Shown piece after piece: positions 23,401-34,925 of a DNA stretch of 48,449 bases (its first letter is position 1; each line of letters starts with the position of its first letter). The DNA is from Klebsormidium nitens. Taxonomy: Eukaryota; Plantae; Klebsormidiophyceae. Location of the stretch: positions 1 to 48,449 of the forward strand of contig DF237586.1 of NCBI GenBank assembly GCA_000708835.1, in the 5' to 3' direction. Below the pieces are notes generated by a model. That model did no database searches, was not told the origin of the DNA, and saw only the letters and a list, made by a program, of their open reading frames with translations. The translations under genes and the position numbers were made by a program.

Positions 23401-26400
23401 TTTTAGACGCAAATTGACTGTAATGCAGCTTGTCAGCGTCCTTGAACGTTTTGTGAGCTTCGGACATGTTGGTGCTTTGCACTCTTGCTGCTAATCTTTC
23501 AAAGTTTGCAGTTCGCAGTAGTTGATGCCGTTGCGGCCTTGCCTTGTTGCAGGATGAACTTTTTGAGCAACATTCTGCGAGAGGAGGGCGGCTTCGAGTA
23601 CAAGAAGGCCATCGTGGACTCGATCCTGATCCTCATCCGGGAGATCCCGGACGCCAAGGAGAGCGGCCTCTCGCACCTCTGCGAGTTTATCGAAGATTGC
23701 GAGTTCACCTACCTGTCCACGCAGGTAACCTTAGCGCTTGCATTCTTTGTAAAGCAGTTCTGAAATTATCCACCAGAAAACGTTGCGAGCTATCTCTATC
23801 TAGCCCCAGATATCGTGAAAGGTGGCGCGCAGATCAAAGGCGAAGGGGCTGCAGATTGTCTCTCGCTGCTAAGATCTTCGACCTTTTGTGCTGTGGCCAC
23901 CTGCTCTCATAACTTGGTGGGGCCCTAGTCAGACGAACGTATGGCCAGTCCGGCTAACGGCACTCTGCACAACGCTCCAGATCTTGCACCTGCTCGGCAA
24001 CGAGGGCCCCAAGACCGCCGACCCCAGCAAGTACATCCGCTACATCTACAACCGGGTCATCCTGGAGAACGCCACCGTGCGCGCCAGCGCCGTGAGCGCC
24101 CTCGCCAAGTTCGGCGCCATGGTCGATTTCCTGCAGCCCCGGATCATGGTCCTACTCCGGCGCTGCCTGCACGACAACGATGACGAGGTACGCGCCTGTC
24201 ACCACGTCCGATTGGAGCGACGGTGTACAGTTTATCGTTCCAGCTAGGCAGTTCGTAGCAGCACAAGCTCAAGGACTCCGCGCCTCAGTGTGCTGTGGCC
24301 TGCTCCGATTGTGGCTTTGAATATGCATGTATTCACGGAGTCTTTTTCCGAAGCAAAGGGAAGCGGCGAGCCGAATCTGTGATCAGATGGCAGTTCTTTA
24401 TGCTCCGTCTTGCTCCGCAGGTCCGCGACCGTGCGACCCTCTACCTCCAAGTGCTGGGTGACACCAAGGACATTGCGCCTGACGGCGCGGCGGCCTTCCT
24501 TTCCGAGACCCTCAACGTGCCCCTAGCCAATCTGGAGGCCAGCCTGAAAGCCTACGTGAGCTCCTCACCGGTTGCTAGATCGGGACTGATTCTCCAAAGT
24601 GGATGCCAACGGCTTATGTACTGCTCAGGTAGCTGGCTCGACAGAAGCCGGAATCTGTCAAACAACAACTCTTTGCAGCTTCCAAATCAGTTCGATGGCC
24701 GCTGGCTCAGAGCTTTGGTTGCAAATGAGTATGTCATCAATGTGCCGTGCCATTGAAGAGTTCGGGAAGCGCTTTGGACCGTTTCTGTCTATGCTCACCG
24801 AAAATGGCTTTGTCGGTTTGCAGGAGCCGAGCGAGAAGCCGTTCAACATCGCTGCCGTCTCAAAAGAGGCAAAACCCCTCACCATTGCCGAGAAGAAGAA
24901 GGAGAAGAAGGCACAGCGGGAGGCGGCGGCCACGGGCGCACATGCCAACGGAGTTGCCCCAGCGGTCTCGACCAGCTCGTACGAGAACCTCCTCAACGCG
25001 ATCCCAGAGTTCGCCTCCATTGGAAAGCTCTTCAAGGTGGGTTGGCAGATGTTACGTGCTTCGACCCAGCAAGTTCTGGTAGCGTAGACCGTGATCCAAG
25101 ATTTATACCTTTCATAACCCCTACAAGGACTTGTCAGCGGCGCCTGATCGGTGCTTGGTTCAGTGTCCTGCTTACTCACTGTCGTTGTCGAGTGCGATGA
25201 TCTGATAAGTTTGACCTTTGTGTTCTGTATGCAGTCCTCGAAGCCGGTCCAACTTACAGAAGAGGAGACGGAGTACGCTGTGAACGTGGTCAAGCACACG
25301 TATCCCGCACATGTCGTGTTCCAGTTCAATGCTACCAACACCATCCAAGAGCAGCTGCTAGAAAACGTGAGTATGCACCAAGGAATCCACATGCAATCTG
25401 CGTTCTCATGCAGTAGCAAGGTAAACCATGATTTTGCGCTGCCGCTCTTATAGCACCTCGACTTCCTTATCTGGGAACATGATGCTGTTTGTGTGTCAAC
25501 GGTTAATGATCGAACACATGTGTCGTTGAAGCCGAGGAAGCGCTTCCCTGCCGCCACTATCATCTTTGAAAAAGAGCGAAAAGGCGATCAGCTGCGATGA
25601 CAAAAACGAGATTCTTACACACGTTTTTTCTGGCTCCCTTCAGGTGGAGGTGGTGATGGACACGTCCTTGGCCGATGAGTTCGAGGAGGTGGCCTCCATC
25701 CCGCTCAAGTCGCTCCCTTACGGCTCGCCAGGCCAGACCTTCGTGTTGCTGGCCAAACCGGAGGGTGCTGTTGCGTTGGGCAAGTTTGGGAACGTGCTCA
25801 AGTTCAAGGTCAAGGAGGTGAGCGCGCCATGTGCTCGCAAACTTTCGACTTTTTGACGAAGAGATCCGTGATGATTTGAGACGCTGCTTAGACCTGCAGA
25901 AATGAGCATTTGCGGCACACTGACCATTTCCTGTGTGTGTTCGTGCCGCAGGTGGACCCCGCCAGCGGAGAGCCTGACGAGGAGGGGTACGAGGACGAGT
26001 ACGCTCTGGAGGACGTGGAGGTGAGCTCCGATTTAGCGAACGCTTGGCAATCCCCCAGCCTGCAATCTCTAACCAGGAGTAGCCTTTTGCTTGTGCCGTG
26101 TTGGCAGCAGAGAAGCGAAGTCATGTCGGTGATTATTTCACAACTTGCCCCGTTCGTGCAGGTGACCATTGGCGACTACATCCAGCGGACGTCGGTCTCC
26201 AATTTCCGCAACTCATGGGAGGCGCTGGACCCCGGGCTGGAGAAGGTGGACGAGTACGGGCTGGGCCCTCGCGAGAGCCTCCAGGAGGCGGTCAAGGCGG
26301 TCATCAACACGCTAGGCATGCAGCCAGTGGAGGTGAGCGGCACAAACATCTCGCATTCTCGTTAGCGACCTCGATAAGTGCAGCTGCAGTCAAAGCATAC

Positions 26401-26719
26401 CTGCTTCTCGACTTCAGTAGCTCTGCTTTGCTGATCAAAGAAGGGCAGGCAAGCCGTTCCCCATGAGAGCCCGTCCGGCAGTTTCTCAACACCCTTGCTG
26501 AGCAGCCGTCATGCTATTTTCCAGGGGACCGACCAAGTGCCGAGCAACGCGCGCTCTCACACAGCACTCCTAGCGGGAACGTTCATAGGAAACGTCCCTG
26601 TCCTTGCACGGCTGTCCTTTGGCATCGACGCACAAAAGCAGGTCGCCATGAAGCTTGCTGTAAGGTCAGAGGATGAGTCAGTGAGTGAACTGATTCAAGA
26701 TATCATAGCCAGTTCGTAA
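20484..26719 (+). CDS. COPG: Coatomer subunit gamma (gamma-COP), multi-exon
   Basis: Near-identity to plant gamma-COP, e.g. [75 protein letters not shown] and FVNKHVVFQ-type appendage exons; ends [10 protein letters not shown]. Confidence 0.98.
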
Positions 26720-27977
26720 GAAGCCCGAATGTTTGTTTCTACTGCTGCTGTCGGAACTGGCCCCCGATTGAAGTGATCCGTTCTGATCTTGACAAGAGTT
26801 GCGTTTGCTGTGGTACCGGTTTCAGCACGTAAGCTGCGTGTATTGGTGAAGGAAAGTCAATGTCCTTTGCATACCCTTGCTTCTTGGTTGCACATTTGGG
26901 ATGTTGTGTCTTTTGAGTCCTTCGCTGGATGCAGTACATGCTGGATCCGCCGGCCACATAACCCAAACCGGTATATTTGAGCGGTTTTACATGAAGCTGC
27001 GGATGGCGTCTATGATCGCACCAGGAAGGCCACAATGTTGCATCTTGTTGTGCCGAGACCGTACATGTGCATGGGCCGCTAGTAGAGCTCGAACATGGAC
27101 CATGGATGCATGCCGGAAACCTGTCGATCGTCTAGCTTGCAGTCCACTGGTCAAACTATCATCAGATGTTTGGTGAGGTACATAACAAAAGCTTATATAG
27201 CCAGAGACTTGTGGTTAACCATGGCCCGGCCGGCACTAGTGCACTTTTTGATCGGCGATCGTGCTGCAGCGGCTGTATAAGATCATGAAGGTCGACATCT
27301 TCCGATCGACTCCAAGGCTGATGATCGAGAGCTCATGCTTGTGGCATGATATGTTGCCTCGATCGACATCGGTCGAAACTTAGAATCATGCGTGAGCATC
27401 ATTTACTTAAATAACGCGCTCACATGCATGGTCTTTTTCAAATCATACGGGCTGTGAAGGGCCCCGCGAAACCCAGATGTGGGCCCCCTAAATGCTGGTA
27501 TTTGTATATCAAAAACCACGCGGGGGCCGCCGGCAATAGGTAACAATGTTGAAAGCGCCCGGGCGAGCATTCATGAAATCGGACTCGAATCATCCAAGCT
27601 CAAACCCGCGAGCTGGCTGCCGATCGAAGCACTTGGTGCCATCCATGCAGCTCTGCACTTATCAAGAGCAGCAAAGTAGGCTGGCAACTATTGTAACTTT
27701 GTATGAAAGAAGTCGAGCGCCACACATGCTATCTTTCCGGTAGACTGTGGTTCGAAAGTCATGTCCTCTCAACTTTATGTTTCAATCCATGCGAATCCGT
27801 ATGCGGTTGATAAGCTTGCTGTACGGTTTGTAGACGGCATTACCCGTTCGAAGCTGTTCAAAGAGCATCTTTTCATTACTAAGTTGTGGCCGCTTATGAA
27901 ACGCCAAAGGCATGTCAAGTAAACTTATGCGTAACGCCTTATAGACCCAAGGTAGCATGCTTTCAAATTCTGAACAG

Positions 27978-30254
27978 CTATTCTTCGACAAGAAAAGCAC
28001 CGTCCCGAGCACTACCGCGTTCATGACGCTCGAGCCTTCCTGTGCCCGTGCGGTTCCAGCTTCCTGGCGGCAAAGGTGGCTTTCTTGTTTGAGACGTACA
28101 CTGATAGTAAAAGCACGCCGCCCTTTCAATACCTGGGTCCAGTACTTCACTAAAGCTGCGGTCTGCTTGCGCTTGAGCATCCTCCAAGTGGCACTCGCCC
28201 GTCGCCACAAAGCTGCCGTGGCGCCTCATTCGTGGTCCGTGCTTTCTCAAAGTACCCCCGGGACTTGGACACGCTAGACGAACCAACCAGGGTGCTGATC
28301 CGATACACTCTTCGAAGTCCTGCTGCAGGTGTCTCTCGCGATGAGATCGATTTGCCCCTCTTCCTGATTCTGTTCGCCTATACATGCTAAGAAGCTCCTT
28401 TAAGGAGATCAGAAGTAACTGCAAGTACCTCGTGAGCAGATAAGAAACTATGGCAGCCGCGGGAAGGTAGAACGTGGTCCATGCTCGCACGATGTTCAAG
28501 TACCGAGGCCGATAATCTGGATTGCACACCGCTTCTTCGGACGAGGTCTCTGCATCGCCCCTGCAACTAAACCGGGGCCCGGTCTCCACCCCCGCTGAAA
28601 TTGTGCTGGAGTTGCTGCCGCTATCCACCGGCACACATTCTCTTTCCCCTTCAATCCAGCAAGTAGCGGGTTCGGGTACTTCTCGTTCCCGCGACCCCGA
28701 ACCGACTACTAAGCTGTCCTTTCTGCCTGCACCTGCACAAGGACGGAAGTTCCTTGCTTTCGAATTGATGCAGCTTCACCTCCTTGGACGGTCGACTCAG
28801 GCGTCAACTATCTTGTTCCTTCGAGCAGGCTTGGAGTCAAGTGCGACGAAAAGTCGACGCCTTAAAAAACAGGTTGCCTTGTACATCCATCTAACATTGC
28901 TTTTGGGCTCTAGTGATAGTTTCAGACTACTATTCTGAATGTTCTTGGCGCTAATACGAGGTGTTTCAGCCATGATAGAAGAGCTGTGTGCTTCCGTCAT
29001 GTTTGCTGCTCTTTTTTCCGACGTGCCTTTCAATAAGTTGATGTGATTCAGCCCGACCAATTGTCATGATTTGATGAAGCTCGAATTAGTCAGCGAATCG
29101 ACCGAAGAGACAGCCAACGAAGCTACTTACCGGAGGAAGCTCTCTTTGTAGACCGGATCGATCTAAGTACGATTGTAGCGTCCAGCTGAACCACAGTCTG
29201 ACCTGCAGCATGAATCAATCGTTCTTGCACCGTTCCAAGCTTATAATGCAAGCAGCTCTCTTCTCAGAGCGTTAGGTATGAGCCGCGAATATCTCTCACG
29301 ACGCCAATGGTCAATTCAGTTTGAAGATGATCTGAACAGCATTTGCACAGACTGTTTTTTCAAGAGCTGACCAGGACGCCTGCAGTGCTTTTGCGTTGTT
29401 CTCACCAGCCATTTTTGTTATTGAGACTACTAAAACTCACCTGCTATTTGAAAGTGACGAAGCCAGACTGGAGACCTGTCATCCTCGTTGTCTTCATCGA
29501 TGAGAGACACTCCTACGGTACCCCGGTGAATGGAACTTTCCGCGCTATTGATGTCAGCGCTCGGAAGCAATGTAAATGTGTAGTCAGGCGAAGGACAGCG
29601 CTCTTCCCATTTCTGCAGAAGCGATGTTGTAATGAGCAAAAGGGATGGGACAGAAATGAATACTGCATCACGAGATCGAGGTACATTGACAGGCACCTTA
29701 ACTGTACCCCCAACTCAACGAAAGCACTACTGAGAGACTGCAACTCAAACTCGTAGCGCATGCAGGTCAGAATTGTATCAAGAGCTGGAGGAATTAGTTT
29801 GACCCTTTGAAAACGCTTTATGTAAGAAAGTTACTTGCCTGTTCACCTATTTGGACGACGACTTTGAAATGACACCCTTCCTTCTTTGGAGAAAGAGAGG
29901 AACTGGAGTCGAAAACGGTGATGGACCTGCAAATGAAGGTTTCATTTATGAGGGTACGAAATACGCCGCACGAAGCGCGTCCGAAGAATCAACCGACATG
30001 GTCACTATGAGACACAACATTGCAGGACTTGGACATCTTTCAGCACATGAAACAGGAGAGGGTTAGGCAAGCCTTCGAAAACGCTGTGTGAGAATTCAGA
30101 GTAGCTTGCGGACTCACCCAAATAACACAAAGGCATTTTGTTGCTTCCAGCTCTTCTCGTGCGTTGGATCCCCGTCAAGAGCGTCTTCTGTGGAGCTGGC
30201 GGCGGTTGCTAGTAGAAAAGTCGCGAAGCAGAGTGTGCTCGCAAAAGTCGGCAT
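27978..30254 (-). CDS. Uncharacterised predicted type I membrane protein (signal peptide, C2-like segment, Cys-rich segment, one TM helix)
   Basis: ATG 30254 begins MPTFASTLCFATFLLATAASS. Exons 30254-30118, 29926-29839 (GC donor), 29737-29708 and 29612-29441 join in phase. The ORF at 28732-27978 has TTFYLPAAAIVSYLL. The middle and 3' exon structure is uncertain. Confidence 0.5.
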
Positions 30255-31171
30255 TGTTGGCGGACTCCAGGTCCTTTCTCCAGGAAGACTTAAGCCTTCT
30301 ACGTGATCGTACAAAGGCAGTCTTCCAAAAAGACTTTCCAAGCAGACAGCCCGTTGCAAATAATCGCTGATCAATAAGGATTCTGTTCAAAGCAGCTGGT
30401 TAAACACGCTCGAGTTTTTGTTCGGAAATTGCGCAAACTAAAACAAACTCTCAAGACGTGCCGGCCAGCAATCAAAGCGCAGATATGTACCTGTCCGGAA
30501 TTGGTCTCTTAGGTCCATGCAACTAGGCTCAGGCAGCTCACCCTACGGCGGTCTCATGGCACCACAGTAGCTAGGCGTAGCGTGTTTCGAATTCACATAT
30601 GCAGCGCTTTTCTAAAATGTTGGTTGGCTGATCATGGGACCGTCTTGCTACACGTCCCGCTTTGATCGTTACGCATCTGCCTGACCGCTTTCCGAGATTT
30701 AAGCCTGCTCATAAGCCACCAGAATGGGGGGTCCTTGGTGACGGTCGAATGAGAAGGAGCTTGTTTCTTGTCCTGAAAATCAACACCTACAATGCCATGC
30801 CCCGGGTAAAAGTCGAGGCCGGGTTAGCTCGATGGTTAGGGTGCAGGCTTCGGGTGCGAAGCATGTAGTAGCTGATGACTTGTACCGTCTGCACCAGGTA
30901 CAATCTTACAGGAGTTCCGAATAAGAACCGTGTTAAGAGTCAGATTAACGGGCATAGGCTCATAAACACTGACCAGCTCAAGACCATGTACGTTCCTTTG
31001 TCTGTCAAACAGCACTCGCAATCGCATGCGGTTTCCCATTTGTTTCCGTGGGCTTGAGAAGCTTCTACCCTCAAGAGTCTTTGCACGGGGAGTGGTACAT
31101 GAGTTGTGCTAGAGGAACCCCATGTGCATTCAGACCACTTTGAGTAACGTGTTGGACTGGGCCTCAAAGCA

Positions 31172-33704
31172 ATGGAAGGACCACCAGCATCTCCTTCTCA
31201 ATCTTGTGGTGAAACGCCATCTTTTTACAGCCATGATGCAGTTGATAGCAGCTCAGCAAGTGAAGATGCCTCGGAATTTCAACAAGAACTCGTGCAATGG
31301 TTGCGCATCGACCACCTAGGAAGCAGCCTGCGGCGAAAGATCCTCAAGAAGACCGAAGTCATCATTTTGAAAGTGGACGTCATGGAGCTCATAAGCAGCT
31401 TTCCAATCTTAGCTGGCGAGATCATCCGGTGCCCTGAGGATGTCGGAGTCTCCATCATCAAACACATTGTCAATCACAATACGCAGGATCTAGCCATACA
31501 AGAAGTCCTTCTTCAATCGAGGATCCACATAAGATGGCAAGCAGTTCCGATACCCGTGTTCACGTCCGTTCAAGAGGTTACTGAGTGCAGCAGGGAGCCA
31601 TGCCCTCTGCCTGGGTACCCTGTACAATTTCTCGGTGTCGTATATGAAGTCTCTTCGCTTCAAAAAAGGACCTATGTTAGGCGAGTCCGCTGCCACGCAT
31701 GCGGGGCGGAGCATCTTATATACCAAGAGAACCCGGGAACACCACCCTGCAGCTGTGGGACTTCGTTCGAAGAGGACATTGCCTCCCGGGTCGAAGTTGC
31801 TTATCAGGTAAGACATTCATAAGAGAGCACACATGTTGGCTGTAAAGAAACTTTTGTCGTTTCTTGTTTGTGATGTTTGTTCCTTGCCAACAGTGTGACT
31901 CTCAATATCGGTTTCGACAATTCTTTGCGGTTGTTGTCCAAAAGGTAGCGGAATCTTTGCCTGCAGGAAGTACTCCTGCGGCCAGTCCCTACAATGAAGG
32001 ATCCTGAACGCAACTCATTCCAGGGAAGCATAAGAGCTGTTCTCCTGGAGGATCTTTGCTGCGAGGTCCGCCTTGGAAACTGTGTACTGCTCAAAGGGCA
32101 TGCAAGGAGCTTTTTTGACGCTTCATCCACTCTTCCCTTGGACGGCAAGCTGGCAGCATCGGCTTGTCTGAGTACAAACTGTGTCAAAAAGGTCAACGCT
32201 CTTTCCTTCTTCAACACACAAGTGCAAGATATCCCCCTTTCAGCATCTTTGTTGGATCAAGACAACATATCGCTTGATGCTTTGGCGCAAGCACTTCGTC
32301 CGGCAGGATACACGTCCATCTGGTCAACTGAAGTGTGTATTAGCTTGCTCCTTAGCCTCGTTTCCGTATGGAAAACAGAAGGTGAAAGCGAGGAGGATTC
32401 GCAAGAAGCATTGCTGGAAAGTTCGCAGACCAGGAAGAGCATCCACGTACTTCTGGCTGCTTCTGCATTTTGCAGTGCGGCTTCTCGTTTGCTGCTAGCG
32501 GCTGCAGTTCTCTCTCCGAGGTCAATCCGTTTTGACACAAAGAACAAGAACGTGATAGCAAGATCATCTGCGGTTGACGACAAGACGGGCGTACTTTCAG
32601 TCACAGCAGGAACAATGGCGCTGGCCAACGACGGCGTGTGCGTGGTTGACATCAGCAAAGGCAGCCTCCGGAAAGACGTGGTCGAACAACTGCGGCATTG
32701 CATGGACAAACAAGTTATGCCGGCCGCTGACAGACCCGAGCTGTCAGTCGCCACCCGTGGCTCTGTCTGGGCATTCTTCACCTCTGAAAGCAGCAAGAGG
32801 TCTCTTCTCAAAGACGGTTCCGCGTGTCTCTTTCAAGAGCCGAGTCTTGATCCCAGACTCTTGAGCAGTTTCGACATAGTGCATAGGCTTTCAGCATTCG
32901 AGGGCAGAGAAGCAGATCGGAGATCATCGGGGGAGCTTCTCGACAGCACGGAAGAACATAACGCACCTGAAGTTGCCGAGACTCTGAAAGTGCACCTGCA
33001 GAGAGCGGGACTGCTGCCAAGCCCTCGCGTCACCCGGGATGCAAGAGAATTGCTGCAGGCCTACTACATGCTGGTCCGTCGGTCGCAGTCTTTGGGCACT
33101 GAGAATGCTTACGTGTCCTTAGCAACGCTTGAAAGCTTGATGCGGGTCGCGAGCGCTAGCGCGAGGCTGTTTCTGCGAGTTGAGGTTCTGGAAATGCCGG
33201 ATGCTACCCTCGCGATCTTCATGCACGAAAGGTCCTTGGAGGCAAAGGTAAGACGCACGTTCCCTGCTATATGACAACTAACCAATAAAGGGTTATTAGC
33301 TGCAGCCACGTACCATGATGCTCTTGGTTTTCTTGCGCGCAAAACATTTGTTTGCAAAACTTATTCTGCTCAAGGGTCTGCATCTCCGCTGCAGTCTGCT
33401 CTTTCGATTCACGTACAGTATTGCCTTACGGAGATAATATGTCCTGTTACTAACTTCAGACTACAATTCTATGTGATGTATCCTGTTACTAAGGTCAGAC
33501 TACATTTCTGTGTGGCCCTACGTGCAGTTTGGGGAAAAGGTCATCAGCAGGACTTTCAAATCCCGGCAGCGTGCGGCTCTGGGTGGAGCTCTGTCCGGAC
33601 CACCGTCCAGCATGGCCGTCGACTTTGAGCAGGAGCTGATGGACTTCCACGACGACCTGGAAGACTACATGGCACCGTTGGCCCTGCACAGGCCTGAAGA
33701 ATGA
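31172..33704 (+). CDS. MCMDC2: MCM-family protein with degenerate ATPase motifs, MCMDC2-like; exons 31172-31807, 31967-33247, 33528-33704
   Basis: Zn finger CHAC..CSC, AGTMALANDGVCVVD, ARELLQAYY and TLESLMRVASASARLFLR. Walker A reads AASAFCSAAS, Walker B reads VVDISK, and the Arg finger reads LLSSFD. GSVWAF resembles MCMDC2 CSFWSF. Confidence 0.8.
33439..33514 (+). repeat. Imperfect 39-bp-period tandem duplication spanning the branch site of the last MCM intron
   Basis: tcctgttactaa occurs at 33442 and 33481, and cagactaca follows both copies. Confidence 0.85.
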
Positions 33705-34925
33705 TTGCTTTCGGAACGGGCCTTCGCCATTATCACTCGAATTGGATACAGCAGCCGGACAGTGGTATTAACGATATACACCTCAGGAACCGCGTATGAA
33801 TACTTTGGGGTCGCCTTCACATATCAAAATTTCCCGAGTTGTTCAGGGATATTGTGCTATTGACTTGATGCAAGGCGATAAAGGTGTCATGCATGAGAGG
33901 TCTGCAATACTGACCTTCTACGTTAGGATACTGACGGTTGGCGCGCATGTGCAAGTTGCGTAAGCATTGAAGCGCCTCTTTGCGATTGGACCGCGCCTCG
34001 CCCGGCAGGCTACGTTATGCGGCATACATACGATTAGCTAAATGTGCAGCAGAGTTCCGGCCGGAGCGAACGAAACGGTTTGGACCGTTCTCTGCAATCC
34101 TTACCGTCCAAATCAACCGCGTGCCGTAGCGTTCATTTCAGAGGTGAACTCGCCGTCCGTGCTCACGTGCAGTGCGCATGAGGAAGGGCTGGCGCGGTGA
34201 TATTAAATCATGCACACGCGAACTTGTATTTAAGCTGGACACGTAAAGTGACAGTAAGTTGGCCATACAGCGCACATGGTAAGTTTTGATCGTTTCCAAG
34301 CTAAATAAGTGCGAGGCCTTCTGCAGACAACATGCACGAATCGAGTCTTAAGCGTCCTGCGACAAACCGCGGTAGATGATAGTAAGACTGACATAGACTT
34401 TTGAAGCGTGCATGTGTGACGGTTTCCGCGAGTCGGTCACTACAGCGAGAAGCCCACGTACAAAGTTGAAGGTGCATATATGCAGGCTCGGCTATGGCTG
34501 CTGATCAAGCTTGCATATTCAAATTTCAAGCAGCTCTGCAAACGCGATGGTGAAACATTTAAGTATGGGATCAATCTGCAATGGCAGTTGATTCAGGGTA
34601 GATCACTACCGCTCCTATTCTGTACTATCTTCAAAACTTCGTTCTTCGAATCTCTTTCCGTAGAGGTACAGTATCAATACGACCAGGCGCGTATGACACA
34701 AGAAGGCATTTTAGCGAGCTAGAATGGACCTCGATCTACTCGACTGAAGTGCGGTTGTGTATCCAGTCCACACCAGCTTTATTTGATCCATTGAAGCGCC
34801 GCAGTAAGAATGTCGTTTATCTATGAATTCTCTCATGATGAGAGCTGTTGGTCAACACATGAACTCAATACCGTGCGCCACTGTCTGCATGACATGGCCG
34901 GTGAGACACACAACTCTTGTCTACG

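Noticed and set aside
27440-27490. gcccacatc resembling the plant snRNA USE element, plus gggccc site-II-like motifs
   Set aside because: Imperfect match, no correctly spaced TATA, and no recognisable snRNA body downstream.
33705-34925. Hidden small gene in the convergent gaps (also 2520-3670 and 42796-43993)
   Set aside because: Only short ORFs without motifs or splice support. The lengths match the other paired 3' UTR gaps.
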